Virus record (IMG/VR): IMGVR_UViG_2513237125_000007
Coordinates: 1 to 64,000 of that record
Origin: an uncultured virus (IMG/VR IMGVR_UViG_2513237125_000007)
Lineage: Duplodnaviria; Heunggongvirae; Uroviricota; Caudoviricetes
DNA length: 64,000 bases
Strand: one strand, 5' to 3'
Part shown: positions 26,837 to 36,968 of the stretch, in pieces
How the letters are laid out: each line of letters begins with the position of its first letter
Position numbering within the stretch: the first letter of the stretch is position 1
Program-made: the position numbers and the translations under genes
Notes under the pieces: model-generated
Told to the model about the DNA's origin: nothing
The model's database searches: none
What the model saw: the letters and a program-made list of their open reading frames with translations, nothing else

Positions 26837-27024
26837 CCCCCATGCCGACAGAAATGTTCATGCGTTCGATGAGTGATAGCGAACTTGTGAATGTCCTAGC
26901 AGCCGCGCAAGCCATGGAGCGTTTTACGCCTGTAGAAAGCGAGTTGTTGTTTCGTCTTACCGCCCTAGTAGAAGACTACGAGCGCGCATGTGAGGCACTG
27001 GAGCAGCGCAGCGATGCGCAGTGA
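26833..27024 (+). CDS. Hypothetical protein
   Basis: FTPVESELLFRL..VEDYE. Confidence 0.6.
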   Translation: MTPMPTEMFMRSMSDSELVNVLAAAQAMERFTPVESELLFRLTALVEDYERACEALEQRSDAQ

Positions 27025-27521
27025 TGACAACGGACAACGCACCAGCACCAGCTAACCCACACACGAGAGAAAAACCCATGTTCCCTATGACCGTCACCAT
27101 TACCGACCAGGCCCAATTAAACGCTGTTTTGGCGGTGCTTAAGCCGCCCAGCAGGTGCAGCCCCGCGCAACCTGTGCTTGACGATACACCGCGCAGCGAT
27201 AGCGCCCCTGAAAAACCAACGGCGGCAACGCCTCCCGCTGCGGGTAAGACGCAGCGCGCTGCCAAACCGGCTGCTGCTCAGAGCACAACGGACGTTATGC
27301 GCACGCCTGGATATGCTGAGGTGGCGAAGGCGTTAACAGCCCTGTCTAAGGAACTTGGCGAAAAGTACGCCTACGACGTTTTGGAATCATTCGGCGTCAA
27401 AGTGTTGTCCAAGATACCGGAGAAGCTATTTCCGGAGGTAATGAAGCACATCGAAGGGTTTTACATCGCCCACGAACGCGGTTTGCCCTTAGACGCTGTG
27501 CCCTCAGACGGTGAGCCATGA
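27021..27521 (+). CDS. Hypothetical phage protein
   Basis: Pro/Ala linker with C-terminal VLESFGVKVLSKI; typical position upstream of DUF2800. Confidence 0.6.
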   Translation: MMTTDNAPAPANPHTREKPMFPMTVTITDQAQLNAVLAVLKPPSRCSPAQPVLDDTPRSDSAPEKPTAATPPAAGKTQRAAKPAAAQSTTDVMRTPGYAEVAKALTALSKELGEKYAYDVLESFGVKVLSKIPEKLFPEVMKHIEGFYIAHERGLPLDAVPSDGEP

Positions 27522-28797
27522 GCCAGCACGCCATGCTATCCCCAAGCAGTGCGCATCGCTGGCTGCACTGTCCGGCAAGCGTTCCGTTAACGCGCACCTG
27601 CAAAGACGACGCTAGCCCATTTGCCGATGAAGGCACCGTGGCCCATACGGTGGCTGCCAACGCATTACGCACCGGGTCCGATGCCAGCGCGTACGTAGGA
27701 GAACGCCATGAGATCAACGGTCGCACTTGGGAAGTGACCGCAGAGATGGCCGCGTCCGTGCAGGAGTATGTGGATTACGTGCGCGCCATTGCGGGGGTGC
27801 GCCTGGTCGAGCAGCCCTTACACATTGCCTCCATCACGGGGGAGCAAGGCGCTCAAGGGACCGCTGATGCGGTGATCCTGTCCGGGGATGAGTTGACCAT
27901 CGTTGATCTCAAATACGGCAAAGGCGTCAAAGTCTTCGCCGAAGGTAATGAGCAGTTGCAGCTGTATGCGCTGGCAGCGCTGAGTGAATTTGGATGGGTG
28001 GAAGACTTCCAGCAGGTGCGGCTAGTGATCGTGCAACCACGGCTCGGACATGCGGATGAGTGGGTGCGCACCCTCCCCGAGATGTGGAGGATTTTAAACA
28101 GCGGGTCAAGCGCAGTGCTACGCGGTGTATGGAAGCGATTGGGCACTACACCAACGTAGGCGAATTATCTTCGGAGTATTTCGGCCCCGCAGAAAAACCA
28201 TGCCGGTTTTGCAACGTCAAGGCGACGTGTCCGGCATTGGCCACGCACGTACTGACCACGGTCGCGGATGATTTTGTTGATCTCACCCAGCCCGTGGCCC
28301 CGCAGCTCAGCCACGCGGCCCTGCGCACGTTTGACAACACCACGTTAGCCTCCCTGTTTGGTGCAACAGAGTTAATCGACTCCTGGTGTAAGGCTGTCCG
28401 CGCCAAGGCAGCAGCGGAGTTGCGTTCAGGGAACGCCGTGCCTGGATACAAGCTGGTCCAAGGCCGACAGGGGCCGCGCCGTTGGGTGGATGAGACAGCC
28501 GCCGAGGACGCGCTCATTCAGATGCGCATTGGAGTCGCTCACCTGCATGACGTGTCCCTCATCAGCCCCACGAGCGCCGAGAAACTCCACCAGGCCGGAA
28601 TCATCGGGGAGCGCCAATGGACCCAGCTCCAACCGCTCATTCATAGGGCCACAGGGGCACCCGTTGTTGTCCCGACGTCGGATCAACGCCCCTCGCTCGC
28701 CCTTCAGGACGCGACGGATTTCGAGGACTTGAGCCGCTCCCCTAACCCAACACCAGCAAAAACACCAACCCTACTTTCACCCCAGGAGACACCGTGA
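27518..28797 (+). pseudogene. DUF2800 PD-(D/E)XK (Cas4-like) exonuclease with a +2 frameshift near 28085
   Basis: HAMLSPSSAHRWLHCP, GTAD..DLKYG, QLQLYA in ORF 27518..28159; CRFC..CP and GYKLVQGR in ORF 28060..28797; span is 3n+2. Confidence 0.75.
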
Positions 28798-29363
28798 TGA
28801 AACTCACCCTAAAAAACGTGCGCTTAGCCTTCCCCGTGTTGTTTGAACCTAAGAAAGTGAATGGCGAAGGCGAAGCCGCCTTCTCGGCCTGCTTCCTCAT
28901 CGACCCTGCCGATCCGCAAGTGAAAGCCCTTAACCAGGCGATTGACAAGATGGCCAATGACAAATGGGGCGTTAAGGCGGCGGCCCAGCTTAAACAGATG
29001 CGTATGGGTGACAAAGTCGCGTTGCATGATGGCGACCTGAAAGCCAGTTATGACGGGTTTGCAGGGCACCTATACGTCTCTGCGCGTAACAAGTCCCGGC
29101 CACTGGTGATCGACCGTGACCGGACCCCGCTCGCCGCGCAGGACGGCAGGCCGTATGCCGGATGTTACGTCAACGCCAACATAGAACTCTGGGCGCAGGA
29201 CAACAACTACGGCAAGCGGATTAACGCCTCGCTGGGTGGCGTGCAGTTCCTGCGTGATGGCGAGGCGTTCGCTGGAGGCGGTGTGGCCAGCGTGGAGGAC
29301 TTCGAGGACCTGAGCGCCATTGCTGAGCTGGCGGATGTTGAAGGAGACATGCCGTGGGGGTGA
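28794..29363 (+). CDS. DUF2815 ssDNA-binding protein
   Basis: NVRLAFP..DGD..YAGCYV..GVQFLRDGE.F.G and acidic tail. Confidence 0.85.
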   Translation: MMKLTLKNVRLAFPVLFEPKKVNGEGEAAFSACFLIDPADPQVKALNQAIDKMANDKWGVKAAAQLKQMRMGDKVALHDGDLKASYDGFAGHLYVSARNKSRPLVIDRDRTPLAAQDGRPYAGCYVNANIELWAQDNNYGKRINASLGGVQFLRDGEAFAGGGVASVEDFEDLSAIAELADVEGDMPWG

Positions 29364-29434
29364 ATCGGATTCACACCACTGGCAGCACACGCAACGCGCA
29401 CCCTCCACCCCCTTACACCTTTAAGGACACCCTC

Positions 29435-30940
29435 ATGCAGGCACCCTCTGAGTTCACTCTCCAGTTTGAATCCCACGCCGTGCGTGTCCAGCGCGACGAA
29501 CACGAGCGGCGATGGTTCAACGCCAATGACATTTGCGCGGCGTTGGCGTTGTTAAATCCGCGTGCTGCACTTGCTCAGCATGTGGACATAGAAAACGTCC
29601 AGAAGCGGGCCATCGTCGACGCCATCGGGCGGACTCGACGCGCCAACTATCTCAATGAGCCGGGAATGTACGCCCTGCTCATCGGCAGCACCAAAGACAC
29701 CGCCAAACGCTTTCAGCGATGGCTCACCAATGAAGCGCTGCCCGCAACCCTAAAAGCGGGTCAACACAGTGTCCTGCTGCATCACGCGCCTTCCGTCTCC
29801 ACTCCCTTCCAACCCACAGAGGACCACACAATGAATGTAATCACTCCATTTCAATTTGAATCGCACGCCGTGCGTACCGTGGTTGATGATCACGGTGAAG
29901 TGTGGTTTGTCGGCAAAGACGTTGCCGATGTACTCGGCTACACCAACCATAACAAAGCTTTGGGCGACCATTGCAGGGGGGTGCCGAAGCGTTACCCCCT
30001 TCAGACACCAGGCGGGATTCAAGAAATCCGGATCATCTCCGAGCCTGACATGCTCCGCTTGATTGTGAGCAGCAAACTCCCTGCCGCAGAACGGTTCGAG
30101 CGTTGGGTGTTTGAGGAAGTCCTGCCCACCCTGCGCAAAACAGGCAACCGTCCCGCGCTTGACCACTCCACTCATTCCGCCAACGCAATCACTCCATTTC
30201 AATTCGAATCAAAAGATGTGCGCATTCAGCTCGACGAGGCCAGTGCGCCCTGGTTCAACGCCAATGATGTGTGTGCCGTTCTGGAGTTTGGCAATCCACA
30301 TCAAGCCATTGAATCCCACGTAGATGCAGATGACCTCCAGAAGTTGGAGGTAATTGACGCGCTGGGGCGAACTCAACGCGCTAACCACATCAACGAATCC
30401 GGTTTATATGCCCTGATCATGGGCAGCACAAAACCTGCGGCCAAGCGCTTTAAGCGTTGGGTGACGAGTGAAGTCCTGCCCACCCTGCGCAAGACAGGCA
30501 CGTACTCCACACCAGGGGCGCTGCCCACCTTGCCTGGGCCAACGCAGGATCGCATTGCCGCACTCCTGTTAATCGGCCAATACATTTCTACAGTGCCGGG
30601 CGTGAAACCAGGAATTGCCGCCGCCGCGACCTTGGCCTGTATCAAAAGCAATACGAATTTAACGACCGAAGAAATACGCCGCGCATTGCCTGCACTGCGG
30701 GACCCGCTTTGCATGCTCAATGCGACGCAACTAGGCAAGCAGCTGCATTGCTCGGCTAAGGAGGCGAACCAGTTATTAGCGTCGGCAGGGTTGCAGTTCC
30801 GTAATGAACGCGACGACTGGGAATTAACCGAAGCCGGTCGCGTATGGGGCGAAGCCATTCCGTACTCACGCAACGGGCATAGCAGCTACCAACTCTTGTG
30901 GAATCCGACGGTGGTTGAGTCGTTGAAGGTCGCCGCCTGA
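29435..30940 (+). CDS. Antirepressor-family protein with three Bro-N domains and a KilAC-like C-terminus
   Basis: Three F.FES..VR..WF..D..INE.G.Y..F.RW..EVLP repeats; LNATQLGK..WELTEAG C-terminus. Confidence 0.85.
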   Translation: MQAPSEFTLQFESHAVRVQRDEHERRWFNANDICAALALLNPRAALAQHVDIENVQKRAIVDAIGRTRRANYLNEPGMYALLIGSTKDTAKRFQRWLTNEALPATLKAGQHSVLLHHAPSVSTPFQPTEDHTMNVITPFQFESHAVRTVVDDHGEVWFVGKDVADVLGYTNHNKALGDHCRGVPKRYPLQTPGGIQEIRIISEPDMLRLIVSSKLPAAERFERWVFEEVLPTLRKTGNRPALDHSTHSANAITPFQFESKDVRIQLDEASAPWFNANDVCAVLEFGNPHQAIESHVDADDLQKLEVIDALGRTQRANHINESGLYALIMGSTKPAAKRFKRWVTSEVLPTLRKTGTYSTPGALPTLPGPTQDRIAALLLIGQYISTVPGVKPGIAAAATLACIKSNTNLTTEEIRRALPALRDPLCMLNATQLGKQLHCSAKEANQLLASAGLQFRNERDDWELTEAGRVWGEAIPYSRNGHSSYQLLWNPTVVESLKVAA

Positions 30941-30941
30941 G

Positions 30942-33122
30942 ATGGCCACCGCGCAGCCACCCGCACCGATCCTATGGGGGGATTTAGAGACGTACTCCCC
31001 CGTCCCGATGGCCCATGGCGTGCATGCGTATGCCGAGCACGCCGAGCTGTTGCTGTTCGCCTACGCCTTGGGTGAGGGGCCGGTGCAGGTGTGGGACTGC
31101 ACGGCCACGGCCACGCCGCCTGACGACCTGTCCGCCGCGCTGCATGACCCAGGCGTATTACTGTACTTCCACAACTCTCATTTTGATCGGACCGTACTAC
31201 GCCATTGCGGCATCGACATCCCCTTGGAGCGCTGGCGCGATTCAATGGCCCAGGCCTTGGCCCATTCACTGCCTGGGGCGCTGGGCACGTTATGCGAGCT
31301 GCTGCGCGTGCCTGTGGAGCACGCCAAGGACAAGGACGGCAAACGGCTCGTTGCACTGTTTTGCAAACCGCGCCCCGCCCATTGCACGCTGCGCCGCGCC
31401 AGCCGTGACACCCATCCGACGGACTGGGCGCAGTTTGTGGAGTACGCCAGGCGCGATGTGGACGCGATGCGGGACGTGGTGAAGCGGTTGCCGTCCCACA
31501 ACTACACGGGGGCGGAACTGGCGCTGTGGTTCCTGGACCAAACCATCAATGATCGCGGGGTCCTCATCGATACGGACTTGGTGCAGGCCGCGATTCGCGC
31601 TGTGGAACGCGCCAAGCAAACGTTAGCCCAGCGTACCGAGGCGTTGACCGGCGGCGCAGTGCAGGCCGCGACGCAGCGCGATGCACTGTTGCAGCACCTG
31701 AACACCGCGCACGGCGTGGCGTTGCCGGACATGCAGCAACACACGGTAGAACGTTGCCTTGATGATCCGCTGTTACCAGAGACGGTGCGCGAACTGCTGT
31801 CCATTCGCCGACAAGCCAGCAGCACCAGCACCGCTAAGTACCAGGCGCTACTGCACTGCACCAGCCGCGATGGCCGCCTGCGCGGCACACTGCAATTTAA
31901 TGGGGCCAGCCGCACTGGGCGCTGGGCGGGGCGGCTGTTCCAGCCACACAACCTGCCGCGTCCCACGCTCAGCCAAGAAGTGATCGCGGTCGGCATCGAT
32001 GCCCTAAAAGCCGGTTGTACATATTTGGTCTTTGACGATGTCATGGCGCTGACCAGCAGCGCGCTGCGCAGTTGTCTGATTGCGCCAAAGACTAAAAAGC
32101 TGGTCGTGGCCGATCTGTCCAACATTGAAGGCCGGGTGTTGGCGTGGCTGGCCGGTGAAACCCCCAAGCTGCACGCGTTTCGTGAGTTTGATACGTGCCA
32201 AGGGGTGGATGGTACATGGCACAGCGGCGAGGCCATCACGCACGGCGCGCTGCGCGGTGCGCCGATCGCCTTGCAACGCAATGCTGAGGACGCGCCTGTC
32301 CGCAAAGGGGACGACATTTACAAGCGGGCGTATGCCCATTCGTTCGGGATCGCGCCCCAGGCCGTGAGCAAGGAGCAACGCCAAATCGGCAAAGTGCAAG
32401 AATTGGCGTTGGGGTATGGCGGCGGTGTCGGGGCCTTTGCTGCCTTTGCAGCGCTGTACCACATTGATTTGGAGGCGATGGCCGCGCAGGCCGCCCTACC
32501 GCCGCTGCTGCTTCAGGAGGCAACGGAATTGCTTGAATGGACCAAGGCGAACCACCGTCCCACCTTCGGCCTCTCCGATCGCGCATGGCTGGCGTGCGAT
32601 GTGTTTAAGCGCGCATGGCGCAATGCGCATCCGGCCATTGCGGCGTTTTGGCAGGCGTTGCAGTTCGCGGTGACGGATGCGATCCATCACCCCGAAACGA
32701 CGCACACCTGCTGCGGGATCACAGTGCAGTACCGCCGTGCCTGGCTGCGTCTGCGTCTGCCGTCGGGGCGGGTGCTTTACTACGCCGCTCCCAGAGTCGA
32801 TGAGCACGGCGCGCTGTCCTACATGGGCACGCATCCGATCACGCGAAAATGGACGCGCCTCACTACCTACGGCGGCAAGCTGGTCGAGAACATCACTCAG
32901 GCGGTGAGCCGCGACGTGTTGGCCGCCTGCATGCCTGCGATTGAAGCCGCCGGATACAGCATCGTGCTGACCGTGCACGACGAGATCATCACCGAAGCCG
33001 ATGACCACCCCTGCTTCAACGCCGCGCACTTGGCTGCACTCATGGCGACACCGCCCCCCTGGGCAGAGGGGTTGCCCTTAGCGGCGGAAGGCTTCGACAC
33101 CTACCGGTATAGGAAGCAATGA
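30942..33122 (+). CDS. Phage DNA polymerase, family A
   Basis: Exo DLETYS and HNSHFDR; Pol RTGRW, DLSNIEGR, R.IGKVQELALGYGG, VHDE. Confidence 0.92.
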   Translation: MATAQPPAPILWGDLETYSPVPMAHGVHAYAEHAELLLFAYALGEGPVQVWDCTATATPPDDLSAALHDPGVLLYFHNSHFDRTVLRHCGIDIPLERWRDSMAQALAHSLPGALGTLCELLRVPVEHAKDKDGKRLVALFCKPRPAHCTLRRASRDTHPTDWAQFVEYARRDVDAMRDVVKRLPSHNYTGAELALWFLDQTINDRGVLIDTDLVQAAIRAVERAKQTLAQRTEALTGGAVQAATQRDALLQHLNTAHGVALPDMQQHTVERCLDDPLLPETVRELLSIRRQASSTSTAKYQALLHCTSRDGRLRGTLQFNGASRTGRWAGRLFQPHNLPRPTLSQEVIAVGIDALKAGCTYLVFDDVMALTSSALRSCLIAPKTKKLVVADLSNIEGRVLAWLAGETPKLHAFREFDTCQGVDGTWHSGEAITHGALRGAPIALQRNAEDAPVRKGDDIYKRAYAHSFGIAPQAVSKEQRQIGKVQELALGYGGGVGAFAAFAALYHIDLEAMAAQAALPPLLLQEATELLEWTKANHRPTFGLSDRAWLACDVFKRAWRNAHPAIAAFWQALQFAVTDAIHHPETTHTCCGITVQYRRAWLRLRLPSGRVLYYAAPRVDEHGALSYMGTHPITRKWTRLTTYGGKLVENITQAVSRDVLAACMPAIEAAGYSIVLTVHDEIITEADDHPCFNAAHLAALMATPPPWAEGLPLAAEGFDTYRYRKQ

Positions 33123-33397
33123 TGACCATCCCCCGTGAGCGAACGATTGAACGTTATTTAGTCGCCCAGGTCAGGGCCAAAGGCGGTGAAATCCGCAAGG
33201 TGAAATGGGGTGGCCGCCACGGTGCGCCAGATCGCATTGCCATGCTGCCCAACGGGCGCACCCTGTGGGTGGAACTCAAAGCCCCCGGCCAGCAGTGCAC
33301 ACCGCATCAAGTCCGTGAGCATGAGCGTATGCGCCGCATGGGGCTGCGCGTGGTCGTGGTCGATTCTTTGCAAGGCGTCGATGAGGTGCTGGCGTGA
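33119..33397 (+). CDS. VRR-NUC nuclease
   Basis: GAPDR..WVELKAPG..Q motif. Confidence 0.85.
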   Translation: MMTIPRERTIERYLVAQVRAKGGEIRKVKWGGRHGAPDRIAMLPNGRTLWVELKAPGQQCTPHQVREHERMRRMGLRVVVVDSLQGVDEVLA

Positions 33398-33398
33398 C

Positions 33399-33704
33399 TC
33401 AGAAAAACGCTTTGATGATCAGTGCAATGAGGCTAGTGACGATCACACCGAACATCCATTTCAGTAGCAACATTTCGCCTTTTATTTCAACGAACCCTTT
33501 ATGCACATCAGCGAACCCTTTATCTATTTTCGATTCGAGCTTTAATTCAAGCTCCCGCAAATCTCGCTTTGTCGCAAGGTCTTGCAAATTCGTTTCCAAC
33601 ACTTCCGCCAAGGCCTCGGCTTCCGCCTCCGCATGGGCCGCAGGAACGCCTGCCGTTTTCAGCCGGTTCGCAAATTTAAGTGTATCGAACGCTACGGATG
33701 TCAC
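33399..33704 (-). CDS. DUF1640/CCDC90-like membrane-anchored coiled-coil protein (moron)
   Basis: FDTLKFANRLKTAG..LATKRDL..LLKWM with C-terminal TM segment; antisense within the early operon. Confidence 0.8.
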   Translation of the reverse strand: MTSVAFDTLKFANRLKTAGVPAAHAEAEAEALAEVLETNLQDLATKRDLRELELKLESKIDKGFADVHKGFVEIKGEMLLLKWMFGVIVTSLIALIIKAFF

Positions 33705-33767
33705 ACATGCCCCTGTCTTAACCCCATGTGATGGCGAGTGTAACACCATGGTTAGCGGAGCTTTGAC

Positions 33768-35189
33768 ATGAACCTACGCCCCTACCAACACACCATGGTT
33801 GATTTCATCCTGACGCACCCACGCTGCAATCTGTTTGTGCCAATGGGCTTAGGGAAGACGGTAGCCACGCTGACGGCGTTAGATGTGCTCCTGGTGGTGG
33901 AAGACGTTGCGCCTATGTTGGTCATTGCTCCGCTGCGCGTTGCGGCCACGACATGGCCGGATGAGGTGGCTAAGTTCCCCCATTTGCGCCATCTGCGGGT
34001 GGCCGTGGTCGTGGGCAGTGCGGCGGCACGTCGTCACGCCTTGGAGCAGGACGCGGATATCTATTGCATTAATTACGACAATCTAAAATGGCTGGCGGAG
34101 TTTTACGGGGACCGTTGGCCGTTCCGTACCGTGGTCGCCGATGAGTGCTCCAAGCTGAAAGGGTTCCGGTTGCGGCAAGGCACACGGCGCGCCCGCGCAC
34201 TGGCCAAGTATGTGCATACCAAGGTGGAGCGCTACATTGGTTTGACCGGCACGCCCGCGCCGAATGGGCTACAGGACCTGTGGGCGCTGATGTGGATGGT
34301 GGATCGGGGGGCACGGCTGGGGACGCATTTCAAAGCGTTTATCGATCGCTGGTTCCGTGCGGTGCAGATCGGCAGTGATCCGCCATCCGCGGTGCGCCTT
34401 GTGCCCGCGCCCAATGCATCGAAAGAGATTCAGGACACGATACGCGACCTGTGTTTATCCCTTGATCCACAGGCGTACTTTGATTTACGCCAGCCGATTG
34501 TCAATACGATTCGCGTTGTGTTGCCAGAACGCGCCAGACGTTTGTACAAAACGATGGAGCAAGAGATGCTCATCGCCTTGGAATGCGGTGCCGAAATAGA
34601 AGCCTTTAACGCCGCCAGTAAAACCATAAAATGCCTGCAACTGGCCAATGGTGCGCTGTATACCGATGACACACGCCAGGCCTGGGAAGTCGTGCACGAC
34701 GCAAAACTAGAGGCGCTGCACGACATTATCGAAGAGGCCGCCGGTATGCCGGTGTTGGTGGCGTATCACTTTAAAAGCGATGTCGCACGGTTGCAGCGTG
34801 CTTTTCCTAAAGGGCGTGTCTTGGACCAACACCCCGACACGATCCGCGATTGGAATGCGGGGAATATTCCCGTGTTGTTCGCCCATCCGGCCAGTGCCGG
34901 TCACGGCTTAAATCTGCAAGACGGCGGAAACATTTTGGCGTTCTTCGGGCACTGGTGGGACCTGGAGCAGTACCAACAAATCATCGAACGTATTGGCCCC
35001 ACACGCCAGGCGCAAGCCGGACATGATCGCCCCGTCTTCATTCACCACATCGTGGCGGCGGGCACGGTGGATGAGCTGGTGATGGCCCGCCGTGAATCCA
35101 AACGCGAAGTACAGGACTTGCTGCTAGAGGCGGTGAAACGCAGCGAAACATGTAAACCACTCACATCACAAGGAGCCATGAGGCGATGA
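33768..35189 (+). CDS. SNF2-like phage helicase
   Basis: LRPYQ, MGLGKT, DECS, LTGTP, GHGLNLQ. Confidence 0.9.
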   Translation: MNLRPYQHTMVDFILTHPRCNLFVPMGLGKTVATLTALDVLLVVEDVAPMLVIAPLRVAATTWPDEVAKFPHLRHLRVAVVVGSAAARRHALEQDADIYCINYDNLKWLAEFYGDRWPFRTVVADECSKLKGFRLRQGTRRARALAKYVHTKVERYIGLTGTPAPNGLQDLWALMWMVDRGARLGTHFKAFIDRWFRAVQIGSDPPSAVRLVPAPNASKEIQDTIRDLCLSLDPQAYFDLRQPIVNTIRVVLPERARRLYKTMEQEMLIALECGAEIEAFNAASKTIKCLQLANGALYTDDTRQAWEVVHDAKLEALHDIIEEAAGMPVLVAYHFKSDVARLQRAFPKGRVLDQHPDTIRDWNAGNIPVLFAHPASAGHGLNLQDGGNILAFFGHWWDLEQYQQIIERIGPTRQAQAGHDRPVFIHHIVAAGTVDELVMARRESKREVQDLLLEAVKRSETCKPLTSQGAMRR

Positions 35190-35483
35190 GCGACACCTGC
35201 AACTACCGCTTTGTTGATACCACGCAATCGGACGAAACGGCTCCGAGAGAATCAGTAATTTTTAACCGTTAATGAAGTGTGCGAGCTAACCGGTTACAAG
35301 ATATTTGCTGGCCAACGTAAATGGTTAGACAGCGAAGGCTGGTGCTATGTGACCAACGCATCTGGACGCCCGATAGTGGGGCGCTGGTATGCACGTTTGC
35401 GCGTCGCCGGTGAGTCGCTGCACATGGCAGGCGCTGGTATACGTCCAGTAAAGCTTCCTAATTTTGCTGCGCTAGATGAATAG
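35186..35483 (+). pseudogene. Excisionase (DUF4224-like) with a +1 frameshift near 35256
   Basis: FLTVNEVCELTGYK..Q.KWL..GRPIV..PNFAAL; ATGA-coupled start at 35186 is out of frame by one base. Confidence 0.65.
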
Positions 35484-35494
35484 GGCACAGCACC

Positions 35495-36558
35495 ATGCGC
35501 CCAAAATCAAGCCACAAAGATTTGCCGCCCAAGATGCTACGCCGTACCCGCGTATTAAAAAGCGGAAAAGTGTGGGAGTCGTTTTACTACAACGGGCGCA
35601 CCACCGAAGGGCGGCGCGTTGAAATTCCGTTGGGGGGTGATTTAAACGAAGCAAAGCGTCAATGGGCGGAGTTGGAGTGCTGCAAGGCCCCCGTAGAAAC
35701 AGAAGTGCTTGGCTTTATATTTGATCGCTATTTGCGCGAAGTGGCACCCACTAAAGCGCGTGCAACCCGGTACCAAATTAAAAGCTGCATTACCACGTTA
35801 CGTAAAGTATTCGGCGATGTGAATATTCATACAGTGACCCCGCAGCAGCTTGCACAGTACCGCGACAAACGCGCACGCACTGCGCCGGTACTCGCTAACC
35901 GGGAACTCAGTGTGTTTTCCAGCGTGTGGACTATGGCGCGTGAATGGGGCTACACCAATAAAGAAAACCAAGTGAAAGGGATTCGCAAAATCAAAGAAAA
36001 ACCCCGTGATTTCTACGCCGATGCTGCTGTATGGAACGCTGTCTATGCCAAGGCGTGTGAAGAACTCAAAGATGCGATGGATTTAGCCTATTTAACCGGC
36101 CAACGGCCTGCTGATGTCCTCAAGATGCGCTTTACGGATATTAGAGATGGCTCGCTTGAGGTACAACAAAACAAAACAAAGAAGAAGTTAGCGAATTCTT
36201 TTGGAGAGTGAGGGAATACGCACAGAATTAGGGAAAGTGATCGACCGTATTAAGGCGCGCAAACGTAAGGTTGTCGGCTTTTCTCTCGTCTCCACATCGA
36301 AAGGCGTTGGGCTAGGGCAGCAAGCCCTTGCGAGTCCGATTCCAACGTGCGCGAGTTGCTGCTGCAAAGGTTGCCTCTGAATCGGGCGAAGCAGATTTAG
36401 CAAAAAGAATTCTTATTTTTCAGTTCCGCGATATTCGCCCCAAGGCTGCGAGTGAACTACCGTTGGAACATGCCAGCAAGCTGTTAGGCCACACTCAGCA
36501 GCAAATCACCCAGCGGGTGTATCGGCGCGTTGGGGAAGTAGTGAAGCCTACCAAGTGA
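35495..36558 (+). pseudogene. int: Tyrosine integrase with two +1 frameshifts (about 36191 and 36326)
   Basis: TGQR, QNKT, FRDIR, LLGH, VY motifs lie in three frames; removing two bases gives one open frame. Confidence 0.8.
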
Positions 36559-36580
36559 GCACCAACGGGGGATAGTCTGT

Positions 36581-36793
36581 AAGTTGCGGAAACTATTCCC
36601 GCAAGTTGCGGAAACTTTGATTGGGAAATCTTTTTAGATCAATAGCTAATGTAGTGTGTTCTAATGATGGCGGTGCATGATGTCAAAATCTTAAAAATCA
36701 AACAGTTAGCCTCAATTCTTTTCCGCAACAACCTCTATCAACTCCAATGTAACTTGTTGATTTTATTGACCGCTTGAAACAGTATGCGGAAAC
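36581..36793. mobile_element. attP-like region 2 (arm repeats and IHF sites)
   Basis: AAGTTGCGGAAACT at 36581 and 36603; related TTTCCGCAAC at 36720 and TGCGGAAAC at 36785; IHF consensus at 36696-36708 and 36750-36762. Confidence 0.65.
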
Positions 36794-36817
36794 GATTTTT
36801 AGCGGTCGAATTAAGGT

Positions 36818-36880
36818 GCCGGTAGAGGCGCTGCTCCAGCGCCACGCGGGTTGAGCGGCCTCAATGGCCCCGCGTCCGGC
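36818..36880 (-). ncRNA. Putative structured RNA element, copy 2
   Basis: 63 nt nearly identical to 1166-1228. Confidence 0.5.
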
Positions 36881-36968
36881 AAGGATTAAGATGCCTCATG
36901 AAGCGGGACGGTGGTATCAGAGAATGCCGCATTGAGGTATCAGAAAATGTGGAACTGATAGTAGGTCC

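Noticed and set aside
27518..28797. CRISPR-associated Cas4 or a CRISPR locus
   Set aside because: No repeat-spacer array or other cas genes seen; DUF2800-SSB-PolA-VRR-NUC-SNF2 is a standard phage replication module
31502..32317. Long antisense ORFs (also 39499..40206, 51429..52193, 14603..15247)
   Set aside because: Shadow frames opposite well-supported GC-rich genes
32180..32320. Intein or intron in the DNA polymerase (apparent ~40-aa insert after motif A)
   Set aside because: Too short, lacks the intein terminal His-Asn/Cys signature, and the frame is open
33394..33771. Plus-strand 125-aa ORF bridging VRR-NUC and helicase
   Set aside because: It is the antisense of the recognisable DUF1640 gene and has no protein-like motif
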